DNA of 64,000 bases from Cyanophora paradoxa CCMP329 (GCA_004431415.1 QPMI01000015.1:434001-498000), one strand, 5' to 3'; shown: positions 36,501 to 49,318, counted from the stretch's first letter. Program-made: numbers and translations. Notes: generated from the sequence alone by a model not told the origin.

Positions 36501-39500
36501 GAGAAAACTTCGCGCCTTGTGCGTGTCGCCCCAGGGACCCCCCGCGCCGGCCAGGAGGCCCTCCAGATGAGCCATGCGGACCTGCGGGCGGCGAGCTAAG
36601 GAAACAGAAGCGGAGGGGCGCGGGGGTGGGGGACGGGAGGCGTTGCGAGCCTGCCAAGTGGGGAGGGCGCAGCGGGCGCAGAGGGCGAGGGCCGAGGCAA
36701 GGCGCCCCGGGTCCCCCGAGCGAGCCAGCTCCAGCAGCACCGACCGCTGCCCCGGAACCGGCTCGGGCCGTGCGGGACGGGTGCGGGGCAGAGAAGGGGT
36801 GGTACCTGGTACTCCCGGTCGGAGGCGAAGCGGGGCACGTCGACGGCGACTATGCCCTCCGAGGCCGCCTGCGGGGGAGGGGGGGGGAAGGCGAGGGATC
36901 AGAGGGGTACGAAAACTACAAAAACAAAACAAGGAGGGGTACGGCGCGCGCGCCTGGAGCTGGCGGGCCTCGCCCGAGTCTCGAAAGACGCGCAGGCGCG
37001 AACGAAGGCGCTCCGCGGCCGCCTCATCCAGCGCGCCGCCCGCGGGGGCCGCCGAGGCCGCCGCCGCCGCCGCCGCCGCCTTTGACTTCTTTCCGGTGGC
37101 GGGGGCGGTGGCGGAGGGGCCGCCGCCGGGGAGGAGGAGGGGCGCGGCCCAGCGGGCGAGGGCGGCGGGGTGAGGGACTGGATGCAGCCGGGCGGGAGGG
37201 CGGCGCCCCCGGACGCGCGGAGGGCGGCGCGCGCTCCTTCCACGAAGAGAGCCGCGCTGGGGTCCTCCGGGCCTGGAGCGACTCGTCGGCGAGGAACGGG
37301 GCGAGGGCCGCGCCGCTGGGGCCCGCCCCGCCGCCCCGCTGCTCGGCGGCCGCCAGCGACGCCAGTGGGGGGTGGATGAGGCGGCGGAGGCGGCGCCGGC
37401 GGAGCGGAGGAGGGCCGAGGCGCGGAGACAGGCCCGGCCCACGAGGCGGGCGTCCTCGGGGGCCGGGCGGGGCCGCCCGTACCAGTCCAGGCCCGCCCCG
37501 CCCGCACCTCCGTCCGCTCGCCCGCGGCCCGCGAGAGCGCGGCGAGGGCGGCCGCGGCGGCGTCCGCGAGGCCCTGGGCCGAGGCCGCGTCCGCCGCCGG
37601 GACGGGCGCGCCGAGCGCGGCGGCGGAGGCGAGCACGTCGGCGGCGCGCCAGGCCTCGAGCAGCGGGCCGAGCTCCGCGGGCGGGCAGTGCGCGGCGGCG
37701 AAGCCGAGGAGGCGGGCGCGGTCGGCGGGGCGCGGGAGGAGGTCGCCGCGGGCGGCGAGGCGGGCGCAGGTGCGCCACGCGGGGCCGTACTGTTCCGCCG
37801 CGTTCGCCCCGCAGAGCGCCACCGCACGGTCCCCGTCCCCGCTGCCCGGCGCAGAGTTAAGAAGCGGTCAGATGCGGCTTTTTAGATCGTGTAGCGCGCT
37901 GTCTAGGTCTAGCTGTCTTGTTTAAGATGTCAAGATGCCTTGGCTAGGATTCTAACATGTTCTGCTAGATGTCTTGTTAGGATGTATGCTCTCTACAATT
38001 GGTAATATAATGTTATGCTTATAATGATCCAGCTCTCATGCTTATAATGTCTAGATGTCTTGGTGAGAAGTCTCTCCTGATCTAGCTGTCATGCTTATGG
38101 TGTCTAGATGTCTTGGTGACATTCGGGGCGCACCGGTCGAGGGCGTCGGCGGCGAGGATGTCGCGGGCGGCGGCGGCGGGGAGGCCGAGGAGCACCGCCA
38201 GCCGCTCCAGCGCCTCCCCCTTCCCGTGCGCCCTGCCCGCAGGTCAGCCGAATGGCTTTAAGGTTCTAAGGCGCCTCGGCTCTAAGGCTGTGAGGCTAAG
38301 AACTACGCGATTCAAGGTCCGCCGGTCAGCCGGCGCCTACGAGAAAGCTAGCGATCCGCGGCTCTGAGGCTCTAAGGCTACAAACTAGGCTGCAAATATA
38401 AGGCCCGCCAGCCAGCCGGCGCGGCTACATTTAAGGCTTCGCGGCTCGAAGGCTCCGAGGCTCTAAGGCCGAGAACTGCGCACTTGGGGTCGACGCGGAG
38501 TGCCTCCCGCAGGAGCTCCGCCCGGTCCGCCATCAGCCGCAGCTGCGGGGAGGCGGGGCGGGCCAAGTCAGAGGAGGGGAAGAGGAGAGGCCAAGGCAGG
38601 GCAAGCTAAGGCGGGCCACGGCACGGCTCTGCTCAGCGACAAGCGGAACGGGACGCAACGCAACGCTAGGCCAGGCTAGAAGAGGACGGAGCTAGGGTGG
38701 CTGCGGGGTCTAAGGGCGCGGGGCGGGTGCCGGGGCGGGTGCCGGGGCGAGGCGGGCCTGGAGGGGGAGGCGGGTCAGGCCCCAGGCGGGGAGCTCCCGG
38801 ACGGCCTCGAGGAGGCGGAGCTCGGCCCCCGCCTCCTCGCTCTCCGGCGCCAGCTCCAGGCTGGAGGGTACGTTAGAAGGTTGGGGGGGGGGGGCGGAGC
38901 GCTGACCAGGCGCGGGCGTCGTCGAGGGCGGGGTCGTGGTGCGAGGCGGCCGAGTTGAAGAGGGCGCGGGCCGCGGCGAGGGCGACGCCGTGGCCCACCT
39001 CGGGCGGCAGGAAGCGCTGCGGGGCCTTGGCCAGCGACGAGGGCGGCCGGGCGGCGGCGCGCGCCGTGCGGGCGGCGGAGAGGGCGGCGGCGGCGGCGCC
39101 GGCGGCGGCGCCGGCGACGGCGTGGGCGACGGAGGCGGCGACGGAGCCCGAGGGGGCCACGACGGCGGCGGTCTGCGCGGCGGCGTGCGCGGCCGCCTCG
39201 CGCGAGCTCGCGGCGGCCTCGCGCACCGCGTGGGCCACCGACGCGGCCGCGCCGCGGACGGCGTGCGTGGCGGCGGAGGGGACGGCGACGGCGGTGGCGG
39301 CGCGCCCGGCGAGCGAGGCGGCGGCGGCGGCGACGGAGCCGGCGGCGGCGGCGCCGCGGACGGCCGCGTCGGCGGCGGCGCGGCCGGCGAGGGAGGAGGG
39401 GCCGGAGGGGCCCAGGAGCAGCTCCCGGGCGAGGCGGAAGCGGCGGGCGTCCAGCAGAGCGGCGAGGAGCTCCGAGCGGGCGAAGTGGGGCGGCAGCAGC

Positions 39501-42500
39501 GGCGCGTACGCGCCGGCCTGCAGTCAGATCAGATCGGATCGGATCATATCGGATCGGATCGGATCGGATCGGATCGGAGCGGGCCTGGAGGGCGTCGAGG
39601 TCGCGGAGGAGCTCCTCCCGCACCCGCCGGTCACTGGAGCCGGCGTCCTTGCAGCTCTGCGCCGGCCCCGCCGGAAGCGAGTCAGGGCGAGACCGCCGAC
39701 GAGGGTTGACGAAGCTAAGGCGAGCAAGCACGCCGAGATTGCTAAATTTGGTAAAGGATCGCTAAAGCGCGAGATCGCAGTTTCAAGAAGAGAGCAATGG
39801 ATCGCTCAGCGGCGTCGGGCGCGCCTTGCGGGCGATCAGTGTGACGACGGCGCGGGCGTCGGCGACGTCGGCCTCCTCCCCGGCCCCCGCCATCAGCGCC
39901 CCCACGCTCCGCTCCACACCGCTGGCCCGGCCTTTAGGCGGCGCGAAGAGAGAAGAGGCACGGCAGGGCGCACTAGTTGGCGAGGGTCTCGGCGGCGGTG
40001 AGGGAGGCGTCGAAGCGGTCCGCCTCGTCCTGTACCCCCCGGGGCCCCGCCCCCGTCAGCACCTGTCCTAGCCCAAGCGCGGAGGGTCCCTCCCTACGGC
40101 CCAGCGGGGGTGGGGGGGGGGGGGGGGGGGGTACCTGGAGGGCGCGGAGCTCGGGGTCGAGCTCCTCGCGGTGCGAGTCCCGCTTCGGCAGGCTCTGCCC
40201 CCAGCGTAAGAGGGAGGGCGGGGGCGGCAGAGCGGGAGGGGCGGGAGGGGGCGGGAGGGCGGAGGGAGGGCGGCGTTGAAGGGAGGGAGGGAGGGCGGGG
40301 CGGAGGGGCAGGGGAAGGGAAAAAGAGGCAGGGGGGAGGGGCGGGAGCCCGTCCTATCCTAGCCCATGGGCTGGCGGGAGGAGGAAAGGGGGCGCGGCGG
40401 ACCACGAAGATGTCGTGGAGGGCGGCGAGGCAGGCGGGCCCGACCCCGCGGCACGCTCGCGCGCACGCCAGCGCTGCCCGCAGCAGCGCCACGTCTGCGC
40501 GCGCGCGCGCAGGGCGAGGCGGTGAGGAACAAAACGCGGGGGTAGAGTCGAATGTCTATCGATATCGCTCTTCAACAGGCGAGGACGGGAGGCACCGGTG
40601 GGGATGAGGCGCTCGGGCTCGGGGAGGTCGGCGCTGCTGGCGGCGGCGACGGCGGCCGCGAGGCGGAGGCCCTCGGGTCCCCGCGCAGCCTGCGAGGGGC
40701 CCCCGGGGCGGACGGCTCGGCGCGAGCGAGGGCGGCCGGGGGGCGCGGCGCCTTGAGCTTAACCTTGCTTCTAAAAGTCACACGGATTATTCTATATTAA
40801 GAAGATTTTAGGGCGTGGATGACGACGCTAGGGGAAAGTCCGTGTGGCTTCTTAGAGGATCATATAACGCCTCCTGTGACTTTTTAGCCTTGAGCGTAGC
40901 CTCCAGCTTAGCCGTCTTGAGCTAGGGCGCTCGATCTCAGAAGTGGCACGGACCTGCGCGGCCATCCACGCCCGCAGCGTCGCCTCGGACTGCGCGGCGG
41001 CGCGGGCCCGGCCCCGCAGCGCCGCCGCAATGTCCTGCGCCGCGTGAGCGCGGCGGGCGCGTGGGAAGGCGCGGGATCGACGACATCTAGGTCAATCGCA
41101 ATCGCGATCGGATCGGTGCGGGGCTAGCGAGCTGGCTAGGCGCGCTCCCTTGAGGCTACGAGCCGCGGCCAAGCGCGAGGGCGCACCTCGGGCGCGCAGC
41201 CGCGGGTGAGGGCCTCGAGGCGCGCCGCGGCGTCCATGCCGCGCCACTCCGCCAGCGTCAGCTCCTCGCACCCCGCCTCTGCGGGCGGAAATCAAAGAAG
41301 AACGGCATCAAGATCATGTGGGGCAGAGGCACTGCGGCGGCCCGTTACAGCCTTACGCAAGTTCTTCGAGCTTATGACCTAAATATTCGACTAAGGAATT
41401 ATTATTTTGATTATTATAAGGACGCGGCCGCCGTAGAGAGCGGCGGGGAGGTCGTCTCTGGAAGATCTCTAAGATTCCGACGAGAGATTTCATACTAATT
41501 CTAGCGAAGATTTCGTTCAGGAATTCTAGTACGGGGCGCGGGCGCCGCACGCACCGTAGAGGGCGGCGGTGAGGTCGGCGAGGTCGGCCTCGAGGGCCGC
41601 CAGCGCCCGCGCCGCCGCCCCGCCGGGCCCGGCCGAGGCCGCGCGCAGGCCCCGCCGGTCCAGCGCGGCCCGCACGAGGCCCAGCGCCACGTCGGGGAGG
41701 CCCGAGGCCGCCTCCACCTCCTCCGCACGCGCCGCGTACCTGCGAGCGAGCGATCGGGCCCCGCGATCAGCGAGGGAGGCGCGAAAGAGGCTAGGGTTCT
41801 AGGATCGAAGTCCAGAATGTCCAGAATGCGACTAGAATCCATTCTGGATTCTAGGATCGAAGTCCAGAATGCGACGAAGAGAGATCCGGCTTAGAGTAGG
41901 AAGAGGAACGATGAGTAGGAAGAGGAACGATGAGAGTGCGATAAAAGGGCTCTAGGATCAAGCGTAGAATGTAGGATGAAGGAAGGATGAAGAGTAGGGG
42001 GGTTTAGAATAGGACGAAGGGATTCAGGATTCTAGGATCGCGCGTGAAAACGCACCACCCGACGACGTCCTCCACTGTTAGGGGCCGCGAGTCCACGACA
42101 GCGGCCGCCGCGGCGGGGGCGGAGGCTTTGGCGTGCGGCGAAGCCTTGGGCGGATGCTTCCTCTTCTTGTCCGCGGGGGCGGCGGCGGGGGCCCCCGCGC
42201 CGACGCCCAGGCGGGCGCGAAGGGCCGGCGCCTCGGCAAAGTCGGGGGCCCGCCGCGCCGAAGAGGACCCTTCCTCCTCCTCCTCCTCGTCCTCGGGGTC
42301 GTCGTCGAAGCCCGGGGTGCCCAGGGAGGGGTGCAGGCGGGGCAGCAGCCGCGCGTACGACGGCATGCGCGAGGGGTCCGCCGTCGCCGGCACCCGCCGC
42401 AGCACCTCCAGGCGGCCCCGCGGCCCGATCTCCGCCCGGTGCCGTTCGAACAGCACCTACGGAGGCTTAGGCCTAGGGAGGGCATAGGCGTGCAAAGGGG

Positions 42501-45500
42501 GGAAGGAAAGGGGGGTACCGCGACGGCGCGGAAGTCCTCCGCGCGGGCGCGGGCGCGGGCCGCGCGCATCGGCTCCTCCGTCCGGAAGCGCCGGTACCCC
42601 TCCGCGTCGTACCGCTCCTCTGCGATGCGCGCGCCCCCGTCCATTCAAAAGAGTACCTCCTAGGCGGCCGGAAGGGGGTACTGCGCCGCGCGTACCGGAG
42701 CCACAGACGGCGACGTACGTGTCGAGGCGGTCCGAGTATTCGAGGGCCCGCAGCCGCAGCCGCAGGATCGCCGCCTCCTCCTCCGTTACGCTGCGGGGGT
42801 ACGCGATCAGAAGGGGTACAGGAAAGAAGGGGGTACGAGAGGCGCGCCTTTCGGGGTCCAGAGGCTCGTCGGGTGCGCCCAGGGCGGGGGGCGGGGCGGG
42901 GGCGGGACCCCCCGGCACGGGAGAGGGCGCCGGGCCGCCCCCGCGGCGCGCCCTCCTCACGTCCGTGTGGCGAATGACGTACCTGGGGGGGGGGGGAAGG
43001 AGGTCAGAGGGGGGGACCACAAGGAGGGGTACGGCGCGGACGCACGAGAGGAGTAGCCGCTGCTCCGACGCCGTTTCGCCGATGCGGTCCAGGCAGGCTC
43101 CCAGGGCCCAATGCCGGTCCTTTACTTTCTCCAGGTTGTCCTAGGGGAGAAAGAGGTGAGGGGGGTGCGTGTAAGAGTCGCAGGCGCAGGCGCGGGCGGC
43201 GTGCGGATGTACCGCGAGGTTGTGGCGATCGACCGGCGCGGACTGGAAGCGGCGCTGCGGGAGGGGAGGGGGAGGATTGATGGTGGTACAGAGGATAAAG
43301 AGGGGTACTGAGGACCTTGTACACAGAGTCGGGATTCAGGCCGTACGTGTTCGCGAGCGCGAGCGCCGTGCCGTACTCCCCCGCCTCCACCTGTACCCCC
43401 GGAAGGCTCGCCGGACGCGTACCCCCAATGGAGCGAGGGAAGGCGGGTACGGCACCTTGACCGTGAAGTAGGCCTGAGGGGATACCGGGCAGATGGAGAC
43501 GAGCCGGTACGTGCGCAGGATCTGCAGGCGGGGTACATAAGACAGGGAAGACAAGACGTAAGGGAGGTACGGACCGTCTGGGGCTCCTCGCCGCCCCTGA
43601 GGTACCAGCGGATGGCGCCGGCGGCGCGCCCGGCGGCGGCGCGGGCGGCGCGGGAGGCGAGGCGCCCCACCGCCGCGCGGAGGCCCGAGGAGCCCTCCCC
43701 CGCCTCCTCCTCCTCCTCCGGCGCCGCCGCCTCGCCCCGGACCAGGCGCCTCCGCTCTAGCTCCAGGAAGAGGGCACGGCCCGCCACGAGCCCGGCCCCC
43801 GCCGTGCCCCGCGGGAACCGCTCCGGCGCGTCGCCTGTACCCCCGTCAGGAGAGAGCGGGGAGGGGGGGAAATGACGGGGGGGGGGTACCGAGGAGGTTG
43901 CGCATGGCGGGGAGGGAGTAGACGGCGTAGGCGCCGGAGCGGTGCCCGACGAGGAGCGCGGAGGGCCCCCACCAGCGGACGCGCGCCGGCGGGTCCGCCG
44001 CCTCGCCGTCCTCGGCCGCCGCGCCCTCCTCGAGGGGCGAGAAGGAGGGCGCGGGGAGGCGCCGCCGGGCCAGCGCGCCGGCTCTGAGGTCCCAGAGCCA
44101 GAGCCCGCCCTCCGTGTCCAGCCCGGCCGCCGCCCCGCCCTCCCCGCCCACTGAGAGCTCCCACAGCGTCGCTGCGGGGTCCGCCGCGCGCAGCGCCCGG
44201 CGCGAGCCGGCGCGCCCCGTCCGGCCGGGGGCGCCCCGCGCCTTGTCGGCGCCGGCGCCGTGCGCGGCGGCGGCCGCGGCGGCGCGGCGGCGGGCGGCCT
44301 GCGGGGGCTCGAGGGCGCCTCCTCGGCGCGCGCGCCCTTGCCGTGCGGGGCGGCCAAGGGAGACAGGTACGGCGGCGCATCGCTGACGCTCCACGCGGCC
44401 ACCCACGGCGCCGGGCCCTCGTGCAGCACCGAGCCTGCGGCGGGCGCGGCTCGGCTCGGCTCGGCTCGGCTTCTCAGGCGCGGAGGGCCGCGCGGCTCGG
44501 AGCGGAGCCGAACGCACCGCTGGCAACCTCCTCGTCGCTGTGGCCGAAGACGCGCGCCCCGCCGACGACGGCGAGCCGCGTGCGCGCGTCGTAGGCGAGG
44601 CACGCCGCCCGCTGGAGCGCCCCCGAGCGAACAGCGCCGACCGCGCACAGCACCTCCGCGCCGGCCCCGGAGTCGCCCTTGTTCTTCTTCTTCGTCGCCG
44701 CTTTGCCGCCGGCGGCGCCGGCGGCGGCCGCCGTCTTCGCTTCGCCCTCTCCTTCGGAGCTCTCCGGCGGCGGCAGGGGCGCCTCGCCGCTGAGCCGCGC
44801 CCGCACCAGCCTCAGCGTCCCGTCGAACGAGAGCAGGAGAGCCTCGGCGGTCCCGTCCCCGTCCAGCAGCCTGCGCCGCCGCCGCGGCGCGCGTGAGCGG
44901 CGCGGGCGGGCGGTCTTTGCGCGGCGCGGGGCGCGCACGGGAGGACGGCGAGGCCGGCGAGGGGCCCGCGGGCGCCCGTGGCGCGCGGGTGGAGGACGGC
45001 GGCGCGGCCGCCGTCGCGCTCGGCGAGGAAGACGGCCCCCGTCGAGAGCGACGCGGCGACGAGGCGGGAGTCGCTGCTCCAGGCCAGCCGCCGGTAGGCC
45101 GGGTTCGCGTCCCGGAGCCCTGCGCACGCGCGGCGCGGCGGAAGGCCTAGGTCTTTGGTCTGCAGGCGCGCGGGCGGGGCGGGCGGGGCGGGCGCACGCT
45201 CGAGGAGGACGCGGGCCTCGCTGAAGCCACTGGCGCGCGGGATGAGCGCCGTCGACTCCGCGCCGCCCGATTCGCCGGCGAGGCGGAGCTCGAGCGCGTC
45301 GTCGGTGAGGACCGCCGCCGCGCCGCCGTCCGGCGAGACTTCGATGTGCCAGTCGCGCGGGCTCCCCTCCAGGCATCGCCGCACATCCGCGGGCACGCCC
45401 GCGAGCGGCCCGAAGCCCAGGCGCTCGAGCCATCCTGCGCCGGCTGAGCCACGGCGCGCGACGCGCGACCGAGCGCCGGGCGCACCCGCGTTGAACGCCG

Positions 45501-45673
45501 GTTCGACTTCGTCCGAGCCGCGGATCTCCTCCGTCTCCTTCGCAGCAGGTCAGGCGGGCCGCAGCGCGCGTTCGGGCGCGAACCATCTCGTCGTCGGGAG
45601 GCGGGTCCGGATTCCACGGCGGTTGGTGCTCGTGCATCACGTAGAGGATGCGCTGCGCCGCCACGGCCGCCAT
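33573..45673 (-). CDS. NBAS: NBAS / Sec39 / MIP2 orthologue (NRZ/Dsl1 Golgi-to-ER tethering subunit), multi-exon, with a few apparent frameshifts
   Basis: Start MAAVAAQRILY...W. Family motifs DANPAYRRLAWSSDSRLVA, RTYRLVSI...EAGEYGTALALANTYGLNPDSVYK, LEKVKDRHWALGACLDRI, LEYSDRLDTY, YDAEGYRRFR, RLEVLRRVPATADP..YARLLP, AEEVEAASGLPDVAL, RARLLGFAAAHCPPAEL..LLEAW and ACAGSLLL, all collinear with animal NBAS. Confidence 0.93.
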
Positions 45674-45712
45674 GGCTGCGGGATGCTGTTCTCAGCTGGG
45701 GTACAAGTGCGG

Positions 45713-46877
45713 ATGAGCGACGATGAAGCCGAGCTCGACCCGGAGGCGCTGCTGAGCTTCGCGCGGCGGCCTCGGCCGAGTGGACGCACCGTAGCGAGTG
45801 AGGAGCGCCCGCCGCCGATCTTGCCCGACTTCCGGCCGCCGCCAGCGCAGCCTGCCGAGCCGCCGCCGAACGCTTCCGAAGCGATCGCTTACGGCGATTC
45901 CGACGGTGACGGCGACGCGGGATCCTCTGAAAGCGAGCTCGAGCACCGAACAACCGGGAGCGGCGCCCCAGCGGCCCAAGCGCGCGGCACAGGAGACGGC
46001 GGCGGCGGCCTGGCGAATCTTAACGATGCCGGCTTCTCTTCCGGGGCCGATGCGCCCGCCGCGGGGGCGGCGGACAAGGCAGGACGAGCGCGTACGCGGC
46101 GACGTCGCGAGCTGCGTCGCAAGCGCAAGGAATCGTTGAAGGCGGACGGATCCTGGCAGTCCGAGTGCGTTCGGTTGCGCTATTACGATCCACGTTGCTT
46201 GCCTGAGCCTCCGCGCGCAGGCTGCAGCCGCGGCGGAAGCGGAAGAAGAGCTCACGATCGGCGGGGGCGGCCGCGGGCGCAAAGGACACGGACGCCGCAG
46301 AATGCGAGCAGAGCCCCGCGGCTGAGGATTTTGGTTCCGGATCCGAACCGACTCCCCTCGCCCTCTTCTCTGGCTTCGGTTCGCGGCCCCTGCCTCCCCG
46401 TACCCTCCCCCCACGCCCTGACCTGGACCCCTCCCCACAGCGATCCCTTCGGATCCCGACGCGGCCTTCTCGCACCGGCGCCTGCTTCAGCTTCTGCGGG
46501 ACGGCCGGTACCCGCCCCCCGTGCGCCCCTATCCCCCCCCCCCCCCCCGCTCCCCCAACTTCCAACGCGTACCTCCCAGGTCCAGAGGGATCTGGAGGAG
46601 GCGGATCGGCTCCTGCGGGCGGGGGACCGCGCGGGGTTCTCGGAGCGCGTGGAGGCGCTCGCCGCGTCGGCCGCCCTGGAGCCCTGGTTCGGTGCGGCCC
46701 AGGCGCACGCGCACGGACTGGAAGCCCGTGGATAAGCTGAGCGGCCCGCGCGCATGCGCAGGCCTCCCCCGAGACCTCGAGCAGGAGGACAAGGGGAGGA
46801 CCCTCGCGGCCCTCCGCGCCCTCGCGCTCGCCGCCGCCGCGGGCACCGGCGAGCGGAACAACGTAGCGGCTCGTTAA
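45713..46877 (+). CDS. Hypothetical protein (acidic/disordered N-terminus, basic NLS-like patches, short helical C-terminus), multi-exon
   Basis: MSDDEAELDPEALLSF..., RTRRRRELRRKRKE and PRRKRKK. GT-AG introns lead to VQRDLEEADRLLRAGD and GLPRDLEQEDKGRTLAALRALA. Stop at 46877. Confidence 0.65.
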
Positions 46878-46923
46878 TTAAGAAGGGGGTAGAGGGGATG
46901 GGACGAGAGGGGGATACGGGAGG

Positions 46924-48149
46924 CTAGGCGGAGCGCTTGAGTCGGCGCTCTTCGGCGGCGAGGGCGACCTTGTCGCGGCGGTGCCCGCGCGTCTGGCCGG
47001 CGCGCTCCCGCTTCAGCGCCGCCTGCACGCGGAAGAGGAGGAGCCCGACGCCGAGGAGGACGGTGCCGGCCGCCGCGGCGACGAGGGCCTGCTTGCCCCC
47101 CCCGCCGCCGCCTAGGCCGGGCAGCCCGAAGGACCACGTGCCGCCCCGGGAGGACGAGCGGGCGCCCCCGGAGCCGCCGTAGTCGGCGGCCGCGGCGAAG
47201 GAGATGTCGACAGGCTCGGAGGCGCCGCCCCAGCACTCGCCGTCCGAGGGCGGCAGTCCCATCAGGGAGCAGAACTCGGCGGGGCCCGCCGCGACGAGCT
47301 TCCCGGGCGAGCAGATGAGCTCCTCTGCCCGCAGGCGCGCGCGCGGATTAGAGGCGGCGCGGGTCAGCGGGACGGGGCGGGGCGGGCGCGCACCGGCGCC
47401 GCAGGGGACGAGCCGCTGCTTGCTCTCGCTGAAGCTGAAGAGGTCATCGGCGCAGGCGCGGTGCCACCGCTGCTCGTGCGCGTGCGCGGGCGCGCGGCGT
47501 CGTCATCGGCCGGGCGGCGCGCGTGCTTCGGCGGGCGGAGAGCCACACCTTACAGAAGGAGGCGCATACGGTCGGAAGCATGCCCATCCCGACGGCCGGC
47601 TCGCAGATGGCGCACTTCGCTTCGATGGTCGCCTCCGTGCACTTGGGCGAGAAAGGCTTCGACGCCAGGTCGGCCTTGATCGTCGGGAGCAGCTCCGCAA
47701 GGACTAGGTCCGTGTGGTTGCCTGCGGCGAGTCGGGCGCGGCCGCGCGGGCCGGTGGGCTGGCGGGGGCTCCGCACGGAGGCAGCACGAGTTCTTAGTGT
47801 AGTGCCGGCAGAAGCTCAGCCCGGGCTGCGGACCGGGAGGCGCTCCGCCGAAGAGCATCCCGCGCCCGCCCTTGCAGCGCGGGCCAGAGCCCGAGGCGGC
47901 CGCAGAGGCGCAGAGCGCGGCGAGGGCTGCCGCAAGGGCGAGCCATTCACATAAGCCCGTGCCGCTACGATACCGCCGCCCAACTGACACCACCCGCACG
48001 GGAGCGTGGCGCGATCCCGCCTGCCGCCGCCCGATGGACTTCGAGTGGTGCCCTCCGCACGCGTCGGCGTGGCCCGGCGGCTGATAGGAGCTTCCGGAGC
48101 TTCCGGTCGACGCTGCGCGCGTGCCAATGCGCCAGGCGTCCGCCGCCAT
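46924..48149 (-). CDS. Folate-receptor-family domain protein (plant-type) with signal/TM segments
   Basis: Cys pattern LSFCRHYTKNSCC, KCTEATIEAKCAICEPAVG...TVCASFC, W.RACADDLF, LVPC...LICS and EFCSLMG. C-terminal TM ALVAAAAGTVLLGVGLLLF. The start codon is uncertain. Confidence 0.85.
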
Positions 48150-48573
48150 TCGCTCTGTCGGCGCGCGCTGGGGTTTCGGGACTTTGTTGCTTGTCGTCGA
48201 TGAAGTTGCAAGATCTACGGTTCAAGGGATCCGGAGCGCTGCGAATGACGTGCCCTGCGAGGGGTGCCTTGCGATATCGATTGCCCGCGAGAAGGGCAGC
48301 ACAATGCGCCCCGTTGGGAATGGAGCCCGCGTTGCTGGAAAATAAAGAGAACCCCCGGGGGTTGAACCCTGGCATGAGACGGTTGACGTCATGCAACATA
48401 ATGCATATGTTGATCATGAATCATGATTCGACTCGGGAGTTTCCCCGGAAGTTCAAGTTCGGAGAACTTCGGACGAATCTTCAACTTCGAGAACTTTCGG
48501 CTTCCAAACCGCTGTCTCTTTTTCGTAACAGGCACTGGGGGGCCCCGCGGGAGTCCCGCTGGTTAGCGCGCGC

Positions 48574-49318
48574 ATGGCCGCCGCCCTCGGGCCCAACTTT
48601 GTGCTCGACGAAGCCGACGGCGATTACTCGGACGTGGCAAGCCGCGGCTCCGGTGCGTCAATGCATATGTGGCAGAATTTCGACGCTGCCACATGTACAG
48701 TGCCAACAGCGCATTATCTGAAACCTTACTTTCTTCAACCTGCACAGGTGGCGCCGCAGCTGCAATTGCGCTGCTCGGATTCGCGAGCGGCGAGGCGGCA
48801 AAAGCACTGCGGCACAGCTCGCGCTGTCGCAGAAGAGCTTCTCCCTCTCCGGATCAAGTCGCGGGTCCGGCCGCAACAGGTGCGGTCCCACAAGTACTAG
48901 CGCTCACCATTCGTCCCGCAGTGCTGCAGCTGCAGTGCATTTCGGTTGTGTGCAACGCCTTTTTAAAAATTTTGATTTCTCTGCTTCCGCAGCCCGTCGG
49001 CCGGTGCCGGCCCGCGGGCTCATCTCGACCTTCTCGAAAGATTTCGAATTTCCCCTCCCAGTCACCGCGTCAATGCCAGAGCCCAACAACCGCCGCCCCT
49101 CCGCGCTGAACGTAGCCCCGACAACACCGAATTCCGTCGGCGCGCACGTGATTCTGCCGAGCCTGACCGGTCCCGGATCCGGATCTGGATCCCCCGCTTC
49201 CAGCCTCCCCAGCGCATCCACCTCTGGACTGCTCTTCCGCGCGCGCACCTCATCGCTGCAGGGACTCGGCGCCCCCGCCGGAGGCGGCGCAAGCCCCCGC
49301 CATCTCAAAAACAAATGA
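48574..49318 (+). CDS. Small hypothetical multi-exon protein, largely low-complexity
   Basis: ATG at 48574 with plausible short GT-AG introns. The last exon (ARRPVPARGLISTFSKDFEFPLP...) ends at 49318. No recognised domain. Confidence 0.45.

Noticed and set aside
33573-37900. Frameshifts in NBAS suggesting pseudogenisation or programmed frameshifting
   Set aside because: They occur in extremely GC-rich or homopolymer stretches of a conserved, normally single-copy gene; sequencing error or unrecognised introns are more likely.
4459-47954. Many long overlapping Arg/Ala/Pro/Gly-rich ORFs (e.g. 4459-6204, 8590-10077, 35540-37885)
   Set aside because: Shadow ORFs caused by very high GC and few stop codons, opposite to or out of frame with recognisable genes.
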